DNA of 64,000 bases from an uncultured virus (IMG/VR IMGVR_UViG_3300010157_000035) (Duplodnaviria > Heunggongvirae > Uroviricota > Caudoviricetes): positions 62,001 through 126,000 of the IMG/VR virus record IMGVR_UViG_3300010157_000035. One strand, written 5' to 3'. Under the pieces are notes generated by a model, which saw nothing but the letters and a program-made list of their open reading frames with translations, did no database searches and was not told the DNA's origin. The stretch's first letter is position 1. Every line of letters begins with the position of its first letter. Below, piece by piece: positions 9,586 through 19,808 of this stretch. The translations under genes and the position numbers were made by a program.

Positions 9586-10359
9586 CTATTTTTTCCTAGT
9601 CTTGCGTTCGTCAATATAGTCTTGACCGTCCTTAACGGTTTTGATTTTGCTCTTTAGCCATTGAATATTTTCTTGTATTCGAGCCAACTTGTGCTCACGC
9701 ATCACACTCACAGGATTATCGCCGGCGAATACTGCTTCCTGTCCGTATATGACACCTTCTTCAGGTTGATTTACTCCTAATCGTTGATCAAACATGTCTC
9801 GTAGCTCTGGATCTGGTGTGCCATATAGGTCTGTTATAATTTGATCACGATCACTATCGTTGCCATCCAAATACAATTTGCGAATTTGGCTAGCACTATT
9901 GGCATCTACACCTCGTACTCGAAAGTTCACAGTAGGAGTCACCACAACATACCCATGTTGAGTCATGGGCATCATGCCTTTTTCGTTGTCGGGCAAAGGT
10001 TGTAAGTAACTAGCAGATCCGTCTTTTTTAGGAGCAAAGTTAAAACGTTCGGCATCCTTGGCGCTGACAGCAAATATCAGTGCTGTGTCGGCCTTTTCTT
10101 CGGCCGACAAGCCGGATGTAATTTCTACAGCTTGGTACGGGTTTTTGACATTGACCACATGCCCGGGCGGAACACCCAGTTTGGTCATCATTGCGACTTT
10201 GTCACCGAAACTAAACGGACTTGTGTCTGCGGCCTGCACACTACTACTGGCAATATATACACTGTTTTCGCCAAACTTGTTGGTCAGCCAATCGTAACTG
10301 GCCATGTGGCCCAGGTGAAAAGGATGGAAGCGCCCAGGATATATTACAAGATAATTCAT
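9586..10359 (-). CDS. HIGH-family cytidyltransferase-like nucleotidyltransferase
   Basis: YPGRFHPFHLGH (HxGH motif) and SASQIR. Confidence 0.75.
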   Translation of the reverse strand: MNYLVIYPGRFHPFHLGHMASYDWLTNKFGENSVYIASSSVQAADTSPFSFGDKVAMMTKLGVPPGHVVNVKNPYQAVEITSGLSAEEKADTALIFAVSAKDAERFNFAPKKDGSASYLQPLPDNEKGMMPMTQHGYVVVTPTVNFRVRGVDANSASQIRKLYLDGNDSDRDQIITDLYGTPDPELRDMFDQRLGVNQPEEGVIYGQEAVFAGDNPVSVMREHKLARIQENIQWLKSKIKTVKDGQDYIDERKTRKK

Positions 10360-10375
10360 TGTAATATATTTATGG

Positions 10376-10813
10376 TTACATGTTTTCTAGCAACCACAGG
10401 TATATAGGCGTGGTAAATCGTAAACCAACTACACCGTTACAACCCATTTCGCCATAGAATTGATCCTGTACCAGTTCTTTTGTACCGTTAAAATTGTGAT
10501 CATACGTGGCCAACTTGGTTACCATATGCCCAAGTTTAATTTCATCAAATGCCAAATTGGAAATAGACAATGTTGCATCTGACACAATATTACCTTGCTC
10601 ATCTATTTTAGTATGCGTTTCCGTTTTGTTCTTTAATATCAGCCGCAATTCATGATCACCGTCGGCGTCGTTGATGTCTATTTTGATCAGTTGCTGGCCT
10701 TGCACATGATTGATATCAACAAATTTTTCATCGTCGACCCAGGCTTCGAACCCCAATTCAGCTCGACTGTCAGAGGTGTTTAAATTAAAAGAGATACTGA
10801 TAGTGTTTGTCAT
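10376..10813 (-). CDS. Hypothetical protein
   Basis: 145-aa ORF tightly packed in the operon. Confidence 0.6.
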   Translation of the reverse strand: MTNTISISFNLNTSDSRAELGFEAWVDDEKFVDINHVQGQQLIKIDINDADGDHELRLILKNKTETHTKIDEQGNIVSDATLSISNLAFDEIKLGHMVTKLATYDHNFNGTKELVQDQFYGEMGCNGVVGLRFTTPIYLWLLENM

Positions 10814-11176
10814 TTAATACGCTGCAGTAACGGTGTTTATATTGCCGGCAGCAAAATCAGTAATGGTTGCTCGTAGCCAAGTAAAATTGCCAATTACAGT
10901 GTTGCTAGTAATTTGGGTCGCCACATTGGCCGCAATCACATTGGCTATTTCAAACCAAGGTGCTGAATCTTGAAGATCATTTAAAGTAGCTTCCACGGAG
11001 ATATTACCTTGAAAACCTGCCACATTGGCTGTTAAAGTTTGAATAGCACCTTGTCCACCGTAGTAGTTGGCAGCAGGAACTGCATTACTAACAAACGTAT
11101 TGCCACCAGCATAACCATTGCCCGGTATGCCTTGTTGCAAAAACGGCACTAGTGTTTGTGTAGTATATGCGGTCAT
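10814..11176 (-). CDS. Hypothetical beta-rich protein, possibly structural
   Basis: 120 aa, rich in A/G/N/T; ends GNFTWLRA. Confidence 0.6.
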   Translation of the reverse strand: MTAYTTQTLVPFLQQGIPGNGYAGGNTFVSNAVPAANYYGGQGAIQTLTANVAGFQGNISVEATLNDLQDSAPWFEIANVIAANVATQITSNTVIGNFTWLRATITDFAAGNINTVTAAY

Positions 11177-11337
11177 ACTTGTTGAATTTCCACAATGATG
11201 TCTGACCCAGCCAGTTCTTCTGCTATTGCTTGCAAAGCAATTAACATATCGTCTGTAGAAAGTTTACCACCTGGGGCAGCATCTTTAATCAATTTTGATA
11301 GTTTGATCACAACTAATTCTTCGTGTATTTTAGCCAT
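11173..11337 (-). CDS. Small hypothetical protein (54 aa)
   Basis: Not in the ORF track. Reads MAKIHEELVVIKLSKLIKD...IIVEIQQV. TAAATA lies just upstream and the stop overlaps the next ATG. Confidence 0.7.
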   Translation of the reverse strand: MAKIHEELVVIKLSKLIKDAAPGGKLSTDDMLIALQAIAEELAGSDIIVEIQQV

Positions 11338-11343
11338 AGTCAA

Positions 11344-12021
11344 CTATTTAGCCGGGATTATTTCTAATGTTTTTCTTATTAGTCCCGGCACCACCAAACT
11401 CAACATGGTCAACCAAACGGGTTCATTATAATCAATGAAGAAATAATCTTGTGTTCGTGTATATTTAAAATTGATCCAATTTTTTAGTGCAGGACTAATT
11501 CTAATACCGGACTGATTTGCTAAAAAGTTTTTTAAATGAGTTTTTTGCTCGGCAGTTAATTTGCCTACTTTAAAATAACTGCGCCATTGATATTTGGGAT
11601 CTCGTAATTGAATTGTATTTCTAGGGCGACTCACAACAGCTTGACTATATTCAACGTAAGACACGCCTGGTAATTTAGCCACTTGATCAATTAACATTCG
11701 ATCGTTAGCGTAAACATACCCAGTGAACGCACTAACTACCAACTTAAAATTTGCTGGCGTAGTCAATAATACATCAGCCAATACGTGCAAATTTTTAACT
11801 GTTGTTTCGGTAATTTTATTTGACTGATTGGATAATTGTGTCACAAGTGGTCGGTTATTCATAGTTTGACTTATTGACCGCCAGGCAATCCTACGCTCAA
11901 TCATACTGTCAATGTGTGCATGTTCCAGAGTTCTTAAACAACTAACTTCTTCCAAATGAAACCTTACGCAATACTCAAATTGACTGTAAAATAATCGATC
12001 TTTGACAACAGGTTTAAACAT
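11344..12021 (-). CDS. Hypothetical protein
   Basis: 225-aa ORF coupled to the end of clpA. Confidence 0.6.
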   Translation of the reverse strand: MFKPVVKDRLFYSQFEYCVRFHLEEVSCLRTLEHAHIDSMIERRIAWRSISQTMNNRPLVTQLSNQSNKITETTVKNLHVLADVLLTTPANFKLVVSAFTGYVYANDRMLIDQVAKLPGVSYVEYSQAVVSRPRNTIQLRDPKYQWRSYFKVGKLTAEQKTHLKNFLANQSGIRISPALKNWINFKYTRTQDYFFIDYNEPVWLTMLSLVVPGLIRKTLEIIPAK

Positions 12022-14290
12022 TTGCGCCTGTTTGGTTGAGCACGATGTATCCGTCTTTGTCTACTGTAGGAGCCAGCACCAGAGGTTCAATATCAAATTC
12101 AACAGTATCTTCGACCATTGTGGCAGTTATAGTGCAGTTGTCCAGGCGATCAAACAAGATACGCTTACTAAGCGGCACACGGATTAATTCGTCAATTTTA
12201 CGGCCCAGTGGTCTAGCACCCATTTTGCTGTCGTAACCTTTGTCAGCCAACATGTCAATCACTGACTCGGTCAAGTTTAACCGGATGTTTTTGTTTAACA
12301 AACTATCTTTGAGTTCGTCGACAAATTTAAGCACAACCTTCTTGATGGCCAATGTATCTAACTTGTCAAACTTACACACACAGTCAATACGGTTGCGTAG
12401 CTCGGGCTTAAAGAACTCTTTCATGGCTTTTTCTTCACTGCCAGTGCGTTCTAAACTTTGTCCAAATCCAATGTTGTTGTTTTCATTGTCTCTGGCACCC
12501 AAGTTTGATGTCATAATAATGATACAGTTTTTAAGATCCACTGTTTTGCCACTGCTTGATGTAATACGTGCTTCATCCAACATCTGCAACATGATGTTGA
12601 TCACGTCAGGGTGTGCCTTTTCGATTTCATCAAACAGCAAGATACTAAACGGATTTTTACTTACATCACTGATCAGTTTACCGCCGCCCACTGTGCCGGA
12701 CTCAAAACCCACATAGCCTGGAGGAGCACCAATGAGACCCGACACAGTATGACGTTCTTGGTATTCACTCATATCATACTTGAGCAGTTTCATATCTAGA
12801 TGCTCACCGAGCAATTTAGCCAACTCTGTTTTACCTGTGCCAGTTGGGCCCAAGAACAAGAAACTGGCAATAGGACGCTTGGCATTGCCGATGCCACTGA
12901 AGTTGATATACACACGTTCCAGCACACGATCCACTGCCGCATCTTGTCCATATAATTTTTGCTTGATGTTGGTTTCTAAATCAACAATCTTGGCACTGCG
13001 TTCATTCTCCAATCGATCCAAAGGAACCGCGGTAACTCGACTCAATTGCTCCATGATCATTTGCTTGTTGACAGTTACATTGCCCGCATCTCGTACACGT
13101 TCCTTGGCACAGGCACCGTCTAATAGATCAATTGATTTGTCGGGATTTTTACGATCGTGTATGTAACGTCCACTCAAGTGAACTGCGGCTGTGATAGCTT
13201 CGGTGTCAATCAACACATTGTGAAACGATTCCAATCGTGGGCTAAGTCCAATAAGGATTTGCTCTGTTGTTACTGCATCAGGTTCATCAATGCTGACCCG
13301 ATGGAAGCGACGCATCAACGCACGATCTTTTTCAAATGATTCGTAGTATTCTTCCCAGGTGGTTGACGCTACCACTTTGATATTGCCTCTAGTGATGGCA
13401 GGTTTAAGCATATTGGCCATGTCTAAACTGCCTTGACTGCTGGCACCTGCGCCTTGCATAGTGTGTGCTTCGTCCACAAACAAGATACAGTTTTTCTTGG
13501 TTTCAAGTGCAGTAATAACGGCCTTGAACTTTTCTTCAAACTCGCCGCGATACTTGGATCCAGCCAACAGGCTTCCTACTTCTAAACTCCACAGTTCGTG
13601 TCCTTTAAGGAATGCTGGAACACGGTTGGCCTGCATTTCCTGCGCTAGGCCTTCGACGATGGCAGTTTTACCCACACCAGGATCGCCTACCATCAGCACA
13701 TTGGCTTTGAACTTGCGGGCCAACACTGTGATCATTTCATCTAGTTCGTCGGTGCGGCCAATCATGGGCTCTAATCGATCTTCTCTGGCCAAGTCAGTCA
13801 AATTAACACAGTGCTCGGCCAGTATTTCTGTTGCCTGTTGGTCAGTGAGTCGAACATCACTTTGTTTATAATTGGTTTGATAAAATTCTGCAAATTCTTG
13901 TTTTTTCACTCCAAATTTAAGCAAGAAATAGTGTGCATGACTATTGGTCTCGCTCATTATGGCCAAGTATAAATCCAAGGTGCTAACACTTCTGCGACCA
14001 GTAAACAGCACCTGTGTTAGTGCGCGATTAAACACACGTTCCAGCGCATTGGTTTTCTTGGGTGGAACTGGAGTTGCTGCAACTATTGTGACTATACCAC
14101 TGAGATAAGATTCTAGCTCTTGTTGTAGTCGTCCTGTGTCAGTGCCGAACTTGTCTAATACACGACAGAAAGGATCATGTTTAATTAACGACAACAACAC
14201 ATGTTCAGTCATTACATATTCATGATGACTATCACGTGCCATTTTGACTGCGGCATCGACTATTTGTTCAATTTCGGGATTGTTTTGCAT
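12014..14290 (-). CDS. clpA: ATP-dependent Clp protease ATPase subunit ClpA
   Basis: Clp N-domain; two AAA+ modules (GDPGVGKT / FVDEAH and GPTGTGKT / LFDEIEK); IGF ClpP-docking loop; no ClpB coiled-coil M domain. Confidence 0.9.
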   Translation of the reverse strand: MQNNPEIEQIVDAAVKMARDSHHEYVMTEHVLLSLIKHDPFCRVLDKFGTDTGRLQQELESYLSGIVTIVAATPVPPKKTNALERVFNRALTQVLFTGRRSVSTLDLYLAIMSETNSHAHYFLLKFGVKKQEFAEFYQTNYKQSDVRLTDQQATEILAEHCVNLTDLAREDRLEPMIGRTDELDEMITVLARKFKANVLMVGDPGVGKTAIVEGLAQEMQANRVPAFLKGHELWSLEVGSLLAGSKYRGEFEEKFKAVITALETKKNCILFVDEAHTMQGAGASSQGSLDMANMLKPAITRGNIKVVASTTWEEYYESFEKDRALMRRFHRVSIDEPDAVTTEQILIGLSPRLESFHNVLIDTEAITAAVHLSGRYIHDRKNPDKSIDLLDGACAKERVRDAGNVTVNKQMIMEQLSRVTAVPLDRLENERSAKIVDLETNIKQKLYGQDAAVDRVLERVYINFSGIGNAKRPIASFLFLGPTGTGKTELAKLLGEHLDMKLLKYDMSEYQERHTVSGLIGAPPGYVGFESGTVGGGKLISDVSKNPFSILLFDEIEKAHPDVINIMLQMLDEARITSSSGKTVDLKNCIIIMTSNLGARDNENNNIGFGQSLERTGSEEKAMKEFFKPELRNRIDCVCKFDKLDTLAIKKVVLKFVDELKDSLLNKNIRLNLTESVIDMLADKGYDSKMGARPLGRKIDELIRVPLSKRILFDRLDNCTITATMVEDTVEFDIEPLVLAPTVDKDGYIVLNQTGANV

Positions 14291-14320
14291 GTATTCCTTT
14301 TAATAATACGCCTTACAGTT

Positions 14321-14349
14321 ATTATACTACCGTTAGAATAGAATTGCAA
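14321..14349 (-). promoter_or_regulatory. Sigma70-like promoter of clpA
   Basis: TTGCAA-N17-TATAAT. Confidence 0.6.
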
Positions 14350-14362
14350 CCTATATGGTTAT

Positions 14363-15145
14363 TTATTGGTCACGACTTTGGACAATGGCCGCCATCAATG
14401 ATTCAGGAATATGTGCAGGTATCACAGCATTAACCCGCACAAACATATCGCCAGGTGCATTGCCTTTTTGCCCAAGTCCTCGTCCTTGTAATCTAAACGT
14501 GGTTTTGGCCTGTGTTCTGGGCGGTACAGTTAAGGTAAGTTGATTGCCCAAAACGTCTTGAATTACAATATCCTTACCTAAAATGAGGTCCCACACGCTT
14601 ACGTCTTGGTCTACAGTCAAATTCGGGCCTTGACGATGCCATTTGGGATTGGGGTGAATTCTAAAGGTTATTACTAGGTCAATACCACCTGGGCCTACAC
14701 CAGCGTATTGAACACTATCACCATCATCGATATTGGCAGGTATATCTATTTCTATAACTTGTGTGCCTTGAGGAGTGCCTACACTGATAGTTTTGCGGCC
14801 AGCTACGGCCACATCGTTTAGTGTAATCCACAAGGTCATTTGTGCTCGATTCACCCGTTGATGTGGCTGTTGGAACCTGGCACCGAACACATCAAATATA
14901 GTGTTAAAATCAAATCCGCCTGGCCCCTGATGTTGAAAATTAAAACCCTGCGGACGCGGATTGTTGTATTCGGCACGTTTTTGCTCGTTGCCTAGTATAT
15001 CGTATGCGGCTTGAATTTCTTGAAATCGTGCTTTGTCTCCACCTTTGTCAGGATGATGCTGACTGGCCAATTTACGATAGGCCCGTTTGATTTGGTCAGG
15101 AGTAGCGTTGCGGTCAACGCCCAGAGTTTGGTAGTGGTCAGTCAT
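14363..15145 (-). CDS. dnaJ: DnaJ-family co-chaperone without zinc finger (CbpA-like)
   Basis: J-domain with HPD motif, G/F-rich region and C-terminal DnaJ domain. Confidence 0.9.
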   Translation of the reverse strand: MTDHYQTLGVDRNATPDQIKRAYRKLASQHHPDKGGDKARFQEIQAAYDILGNEQKRAEYNNPRPQGFNFQHQGPGGFDFNTIFDVFGARFQQPHQRVNRAQMTLWITLNDVAVAGRKTISVGTPQGTQVIEIDIPANIDDGDSVQYAGVGPGGIDLVITFRIHPNPKWHRQGPNLTVDQDVSVWDLILGKDIVIQDVLGNQLTLTVPPRTQAKTTFRLQGRGLGQKGNAPGDMFVRVNAVIPAHIPESLMAAIVQSRDQ

Positions 15146-15201
15146 GTCAAAAAAAAAGCAAACAGCATATTAATTATACTGTTTGCCTGGAGTGATTACA
15201 A

Positions 15202-15420
15202 TTACTTCTTGGGTGCTTTTTCTGGAACCCGGGTTCCGTCTACCTTTTTATGCACTTTGATTTTTTTGCACGTCTGTGTAGTTTTTCCACTTTTGTCTCG
15301 AACCACTTTGCCAGCTTTGTCTACTTTGTCTCTACAGACTTCTTTGGTGGTTACTTCAGCATAGGCCGGGTTGGTGACAATTAACACAATCAAAGCGATC
15401 ATTGATATTATGTAATTCAT
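15202..15420 (-). CDS. Small exported basic protein
   Basis: Signal peptide ending AYA, two Cys, Lys-rich. Confidence 0.6.
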   Translation of the reverse strand: MNYIISMIALIVLIVTNPAYAEVTTKEVCRDKVDKAGKVVRDKSGKTTQTCKKIKVHKKVDGTRVPEKAPKK

Positions 15421-15422
15421 GA

Positions 15423-15566
15423 TTACCTCCAGAAAAATAACACAACTTTAAGTTTGTCAATATATTTTTGCAAATATTTTGCTTGTATGTTTTTTGCAAA
15501 GTCAGGTTGTGGAAAGTTCCAACCTACAAATGCTCCTACTGCGATCCAAAATACAGTGTCTAACAT
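15423..15566 (-). CDS. Small membrane protein
   Basis: Start reassigned to MLDTVFWIAVG (AGGAG upstream); hydrophobic N-terminus. Confidence 0.6.
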   Translation of the reverse strand: MLDTVFWIAVGAFVGWNFPQPDFAKNIQAKYLQKYIDKLKVVLFFWR

Positions 15567-15582
15567 GATGTTTCTCCTTATA

Positions 15583-16107
15583 TTATAATGCTGGGAATGA
15601 TTGTGCTGGCCCGGTGGGCTTACTGCCAAATGCTGGCGGTGTGGTTGTTATGGTTGGCGCAGCTGCAGTCGCTCCTGCTCCAAAGCCTGCACTGCTACCA
15701 AAGCCGCTTGCGGCTGGTGTTGGTGTTGCAGTTGTGCTTCCAAAGCCGGTGGGTGCTGTGGGCTGGATTGGTGTCGGCGGCGTATATGTTGTTCCTCCGC
15801 TTGTTGGCAGGGCGATGCCCCCGTTGTTGGCTCCATTTAGTTTCTCCTGTGTGCGACCATAGGCCGCAATACCCAGCACAGCACCCATGGAGATGTGGAA
15901 CAATCCAGCACCTTGTAGAGTGAGTGGTTGCCATTGCACATTAACACCACCGTGGAACATGGCCTGTGTCAGGCTCCACAAGATAGGTGCAATAACAAAG
16001 TCAAAGAAGCAGACCAACATATACATCCAGCCCATCATTGGACGCCACTTTGAATTCATCCAATCTTCTTTTTTCTTTTCACTTGCGCTCAGTGTTTCAT
16101 CTGCCAT
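15583..16107 (-). CDS. Holin (3TM/GTA-holin-like)
   Basis: WRPMMGW...FDFVIAP...GAVLGIAAYGRTQEK with transmembrane segments; lies next to the endolysin and spanins. Confidence 0.7.
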   Translation of the reverse strand: MADETLSASEKKKEDWMNSKWRPMMGWMYMLVCFFDFVIAPILWSLTQAMFHGGVNVQWQPLTLQGAGLFHISMGAVLGIAAYGRTQEKLNGANNGGIALPTSGGTTYTPPTPIQPTAPTGFGSTTATPTPAASGFGSSAGFGAGATAAAPTITTTPPAFGSKPTGPAQSFPAL

Positions 16108-16123
16108 GGTTTGCTCCTTGTTG

Positions 16124-16381
16124 TTATTTTACTTCCTCAAAAGTTTTCTTTTGAGTGTTATACCAGTCGACCCATCCCCGTTGTAGTGTAGCACATTCGT
16201 GGTATGTGGTGTAGTTTGACACAACTGTTTTGGTCAACACACTGAATACTGTTGTTTCAGTATCAATAGTTTTCAATTGTGGGCATGTTTCTAGCAGTTG
16301 CGTTGGAGCTTCAGGAAACCGGCGTGCCACTGGAACTGTTGTGCAACCTGCCAGTAACATGACTAATAAGAGGTATTTCAT
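16124..16381 (-). CDS. o-spanin (Rz1-like lipoprotein)
   Basis: Lipobox LLAG-C; Pro/Cys pattern; overlaps the end of the i-spanin gene. Confidence 0.75.
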   Translation of the reverse strand: MKYLLLVMLLAGCTTVPVARRFPEAPTQLLETCPQLKTIDTETTVFSVLTKTVVSNYTTYHECATLQRGWVDWYNTQKKTFEEVK

Positions 16382-16806
16382 CGACGGTCTCCGGCTGCAT
16401 CATTGTGTGCTTTGACAACTTCCTTGGGCACCGGGCAAGTGTTGTCATATTTTGCAACTTCACGATCTACGTATTGAACAATATCGTTGCCTTGGGTCCT
16501 GTAATACTCACGCTTGGTAACAATTTTGGTTACAATTTTTACATTTTCTGCTTGGCTCCGGGCTTCGGCCGCTGCCACTTGCTGTTCCAGATCAGCCACG
16601 CGGGCTAACCATGCATGGTTGTCACTGATGGCACCGGTCATATACAAACCAAATGCAGTTATGATGGCCGCAATCCATTGAATAGGCGCACGATACAGTG
16701 ATACCAGTGGAACAAATTTTAGAACCGAACTTGCCGCAAGACCCGCCAGTCCGGTCAACAGGACCAAGTAAAATACAATGTCAGGCAACCACTTTAAAAT
16801 CCACAC
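16378..16806 (-). CDS. i-spanin (Rz-like)
   Basis: N-terminal TM segments, coiled coil, C-terminal CPVP...HNDAA; directly follows the endolysin. Confidence 0.7.
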   Translation of the reverse strand: MWILKWLPDIVFYLVLLTGLAGLAASSVLKFVPLVSLYRAPIQWIAAIITAFGLYMTGAISDNHAWLARVADLEQQVAAAEARSQAENVKIVTKIVTKREYYRTQGNDIVQYVDREVAKYDNTCPVPKEVVKAHNDAAGDRR

Positions 16807-16807
16807 A

Positions 16808-17419
16808 TCAAGCTCCGAACACTAGTAATGCGTGGTTATAATGTTTTTGGCGATCTTCTAGGCCAATGGTGCCACCGTTGATGCGTTTGGTCATTGTCAG
16901 GATATCACCCGAGTCGGCGTATTGATTCAAGTTGTTGCTTTCCCAGAACCAGCAGGCACTTTGTATAGCACCTTCAAATGTTTGTAAGAAGTCAGGAACA
17001 GCTTCTACTGGCATTTCTAAACTGTCGGCAAAGGCTTGATAGTTGGCTTTGCCGGTCAACTGAATAAGTCCACGACCGCAGTAACGGAAGCCGTCACCTG
17101 ACGCTTCGTCACCATTGCCCATTCTGTTGGCATAGACCCGATTGGCAATCATTTCGGGTTGATGAGCAAACTGTTCTGCACTGGAGTCAGTGAAATACTT
17201 GGGGAAAATTTTTCTCAGTGTTTCGGCCCGATAGTTCAAGTTTTCGTGTAGTGCAGTAAAGTTACCACTTTCGTGTGCCGATTGAGCAATAAAAGCAGCC
17301 ACACGCTGTGGTGTGTTGATTTCATAATCTGGTAGTATTTTGTTTAAGGCTTCGGCCCAGTGCTCTAAATATGGGTTATTGCCAATGCATTGTTGTAGCT
17401 GTTGTGGTGTAATTTGCAT
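16808..17419 (-). CDS. GH19 endolysin
   Basis: AAFIAQSAHESGNF, ENLNY, YCGRGLIQLTGKANY, TKRINGG. Confidence 0.9.
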   Translation of the reverse strand: MQITPQQLQQCIGNNPYLEHWAEALNKILPDYEINTPQRVAAFIAQSAHESGNFTALHENLNYRAETLRKIFPKYFTDSSAEQFAHQPEMIANRVYANRMGNGDEASGDGFRYCGRGLIQLTGKANYQAFADSLEMPVEAVPDFLQTFEGAIQSACWFWESNNLNQYADSGDILTMTKRINGGTIGLEDRQKHYNHALLVFGA

Positions 17420-17448
17420 AATATCAGTACCTTGTTAGATACTAATAT

Positions 17449-17655
17449 TTAGTTGGTCCTGCCCCATTTGACCCTGTTCCACACTCTTTCATGCGCCCAA
17501 AATAACCCTACTTTGGTCAAGATTTCTGTCAAGGCAATACCACTGGCTAGCAGTGCCTGTCCTGTAATCAACCAACTGATAAGGAAAGTATCTATAGTGC
17601 CAGTGATACGCCAGCTAACTGCCTTGGCAAGGCTACGAACTGGCGTATCATTCAT
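17449..17655 (-). CDS. DUF2061-like small membrane protein
   Basis: RSLAKAVSWR...HERVW pattern. Confidence 0.75.
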   Translation of the reverse strand: MNDTPVRSLAKAVSWRITGTIDTFLISWLITGQALLASGIALTEILTKVGLFWAHERVWNRVKWGRTN

Positions 17656-17659
17656 GATG

Positions 17660-18505
17660 TTATTTTAATCCTAACTCTTTACGAATCTTTGTAGCACTGA
17701 TGTCAGTGACTGATTCATCAAAAGTTTCCTCTCCGGCAGTGTAACCTACACCTCGTCCCCAACCTATGTGAACAATATTAGGCACTACTTGTATTTCGTA
17801 TTGTCCTTGATAGATAGGATCTAGATCACGCCGAATAAACTTTTTAACCTGTTCTACTTCAAATGGATTTGACCCTTGCCAACCTTGAACGTCACGTATT
17901 TGAATAACTACCTGGCCGGTCTTGGCAATCAATCGTTCAAACAAGGCACGGTGTCCATCATGCCATGGTTGCCAGCGACCCAACATCTGCACAGTTTCTC
18001 GTTTCCAATCAAACACAGGTCGGCGACGCTGGTCTATAATGTGCTGGCCAATAAATTCAGCCCACTTTTCTGCATTTTGTTCCGTGACACGGAAGTCATA
18101 TACTTCAGGTTCAACAAAGGCTGCATTGGTATCTGCATAACGGCCTTCACGAATTGTATCGACCCAGATAGTCCAGTCGGCTTTGAAATTGTTACGCTGT
18201 TCGACCAAGGGTGCAACAAAGTCACAGATAACATAATCGCCACCGGACTCGATACTGAACTGAAACATGCGTATACTTTGACGAATACGTCCGTCATTGC
18301 TGAAGTCCCAATCGTTGTATTTGCGACGAATATCGTCGGCGTTGAACCAAGTGACGTGTGGTCGGAATCCGGTGATGGGCAACATTTCAGCATTGCTTAG
18401 ATCTGCTGTTCCGTGCAGTTCTAAATAGCGTTTGAGTTCTGCAGCCAATGTTGTTTTGCCCGAACCCGGTAATCCCATTATCAATATACGTTGGGTCATC
18501 GCCAT
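17660..18505 (-). CDS. cysC: Adenylylsulfate kinase-like domain fused to a cytidyltransferase-like domain
   Basis: GLPGSGKTT, NADDIR, DFSNDGRIRQ in the kinase part; GRWQPWHDGH and ISATKIR in the C-terminal part. Confidence 0.75.
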   Translation of the reverse strand: MAMTQRILIMGLPGSGKTTLAAELKRYLELHGTADLSNAEMLPITGFRPHVTWFNADDIRRKYNDWDFSNDGRIRQSIRMFQFSIESGGDYVICDFVAPLVEQRNNFKADWTIWVDTIREGRYADTNAAFVEPEVYDFRVTEQNAEKWAEFIGQHIIDQRRRPVFDWKRETVQMLGRWQPWHDGHRALFERLIAKTGQVVIQIRDVQGWQGSNPFEVEQVKKFIRRDLDPIYQGQYEIQVVPNIVHIGWGRGVGYTAGEETFDESVTDISATKIRKELGLK

Positions 18506-19125
18506 TTCCTTGAAGTGTGTCTTGCTAAATCATCTGTTGGATGATGTGCTACCGGTTGAAAGTATTTTTGATTAGTGTCATCTTGGAGTATTTCCGCAAT
18601 GTAAGCATTGTTGTAATCTATTGGAAACTCTAATAGAATACTTAGTTGCCTCAAATAGTCACAAGAATACAATTGCAGTAACTCGTAGCTGAGATATACA
18701 GGATTCCATGTGGCCAATCGTTGATACTGTTCTACAGCTATATTGTATGTGGGCTCACCACGCAACCGAGTTTCTTGAAACGACAAGATATTACGATCTC
18801 GCCCGATGATAGCAAATCGTACATTGATGCCACAGCCCATGGCCTGTGCTGCAAAGCCGATTAAATTGGGCACAGTGCGTTCACCATTGTTCATGTAAGG
18901 ACAACTTACACCGGTCACATAATAATCGCTTTGATTCCAATCGAAATTTTTCAATAGATCGGTGTTGTTCCAACAGTCAGCAAATGGTTCTTGATCATGC
19001 CCGATCCAATAGGTTTGATTCAATTCTTTCCACCCATACACTGCTGGATGCAAGGCAAGTATTTTACTCCAGACATGATTACCAGATCCTTGTGGACCTG
19101 ATATAATCAACAACTGTTTTTTCAT
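18496..19125 (-). CDS. P-loop sulfotransferase-like protein
   Basis: IISGPQGSGNH loop, IIGRD and LSYE motifs; adjacent to the APS kinase. Confidence 0.5.
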   Translation of the reverse strand: MKKQLLIISGPQGSGNHVWSKILALHPAVYGWKELNQTYWIGHDQEPFADCWNNTDLLKNFDWNQSDYYVTGVSCPYMNNGERTVPNLIGFAAQAMGCGINVRFAIIGRDRNILSFQETRLRGEPTYNIAVEQYQRLATWNPVYLSYELLQLYSCDYLRQLSILLEFPIDYNNAYIAEILQDDTNQKYFQPVAHHPTDDLARHTSRKWR

Positions 19126-19808
19126 ACTAGATATTTGACCAACGGTCCTGCTACGGCCATCATCTGACGAGTTTTCTCTGTTTTAAGTCCTGTGACCTGT
19201 AGTGTTGGACGCATGTAGCGACTGGCATTGGCCGTGGCATGTGGAACATTGGCCCAGTCGAATATGTGAACATCTCCGGCTTGCCAATGCGAATATGTGT
19301 GAGTACCAAATAGATAGAATTGTCCAGGGCGCCAATCATCTAACATTACGGTCATACGCACTACCTGTTCTGGATCATCGGGACAGCGTTCTTGTAATTT
19401 GTCTATGTGCAGATTAAACATTTGACCAGGTTGTTGATAATGCATACGTATCTTGGGATCTTCCAGCCCAAAGTATTCACTTATTCTAGTCAACGTAGGA
19501 TATGCACTGATATCAAATACCGCATCGGTTAACTCAAGGTCTACTGGTGCACCTGTTGTGCGTAAATCATTTTCTTCTTGTGCCAGCATAGGGCTAACTG
19601 TGTTGTCATCGTTGCCGTAAAATTTACGTGTGGCCCAAGTTATAGGTTTGCCCTGTGCTTGAGCGACTTCATCTGACCATGTGCCTACAAAGCGGCCCAA
19701 CACTTGGAACCACTCACCTGGTTGATCCTTGCGAGAATCATTGAAATGATAACGACTATGGTCTACACACCACTGCCAACTGCTGTCATAATCTGCTTGA
19801 TTTTTCAT
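19122..19808 (-). CDS. 2OG-Fe(II) oxygenase / Asp-Asn hydroxylase-like protein
   Basis: HID (HxD), distal PHATAN His and Arg in RPTLQ. Confidence 0.7.
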   Translation of the reverse strand: MKNQADYDSSWQWCVDHSRYHFNDSRKDQPGEWFQVLGRFVGTWSDEVAQAQGKPITWATRKFYGNDDNTVSPMLAQEENDLRTTGAPVDLELTDAVFDISAYPTLTRISEYFGLEDPKIRMHYQQPGQMFNLHIDKLQERCPDDPEQVVRMTVMLDDWRPGQFYLFGTHTYSHWQAGDVHIFDWANVPHATANASRYMRPTLQVTGLKTEKTRQMMAVAGPLVKYLV

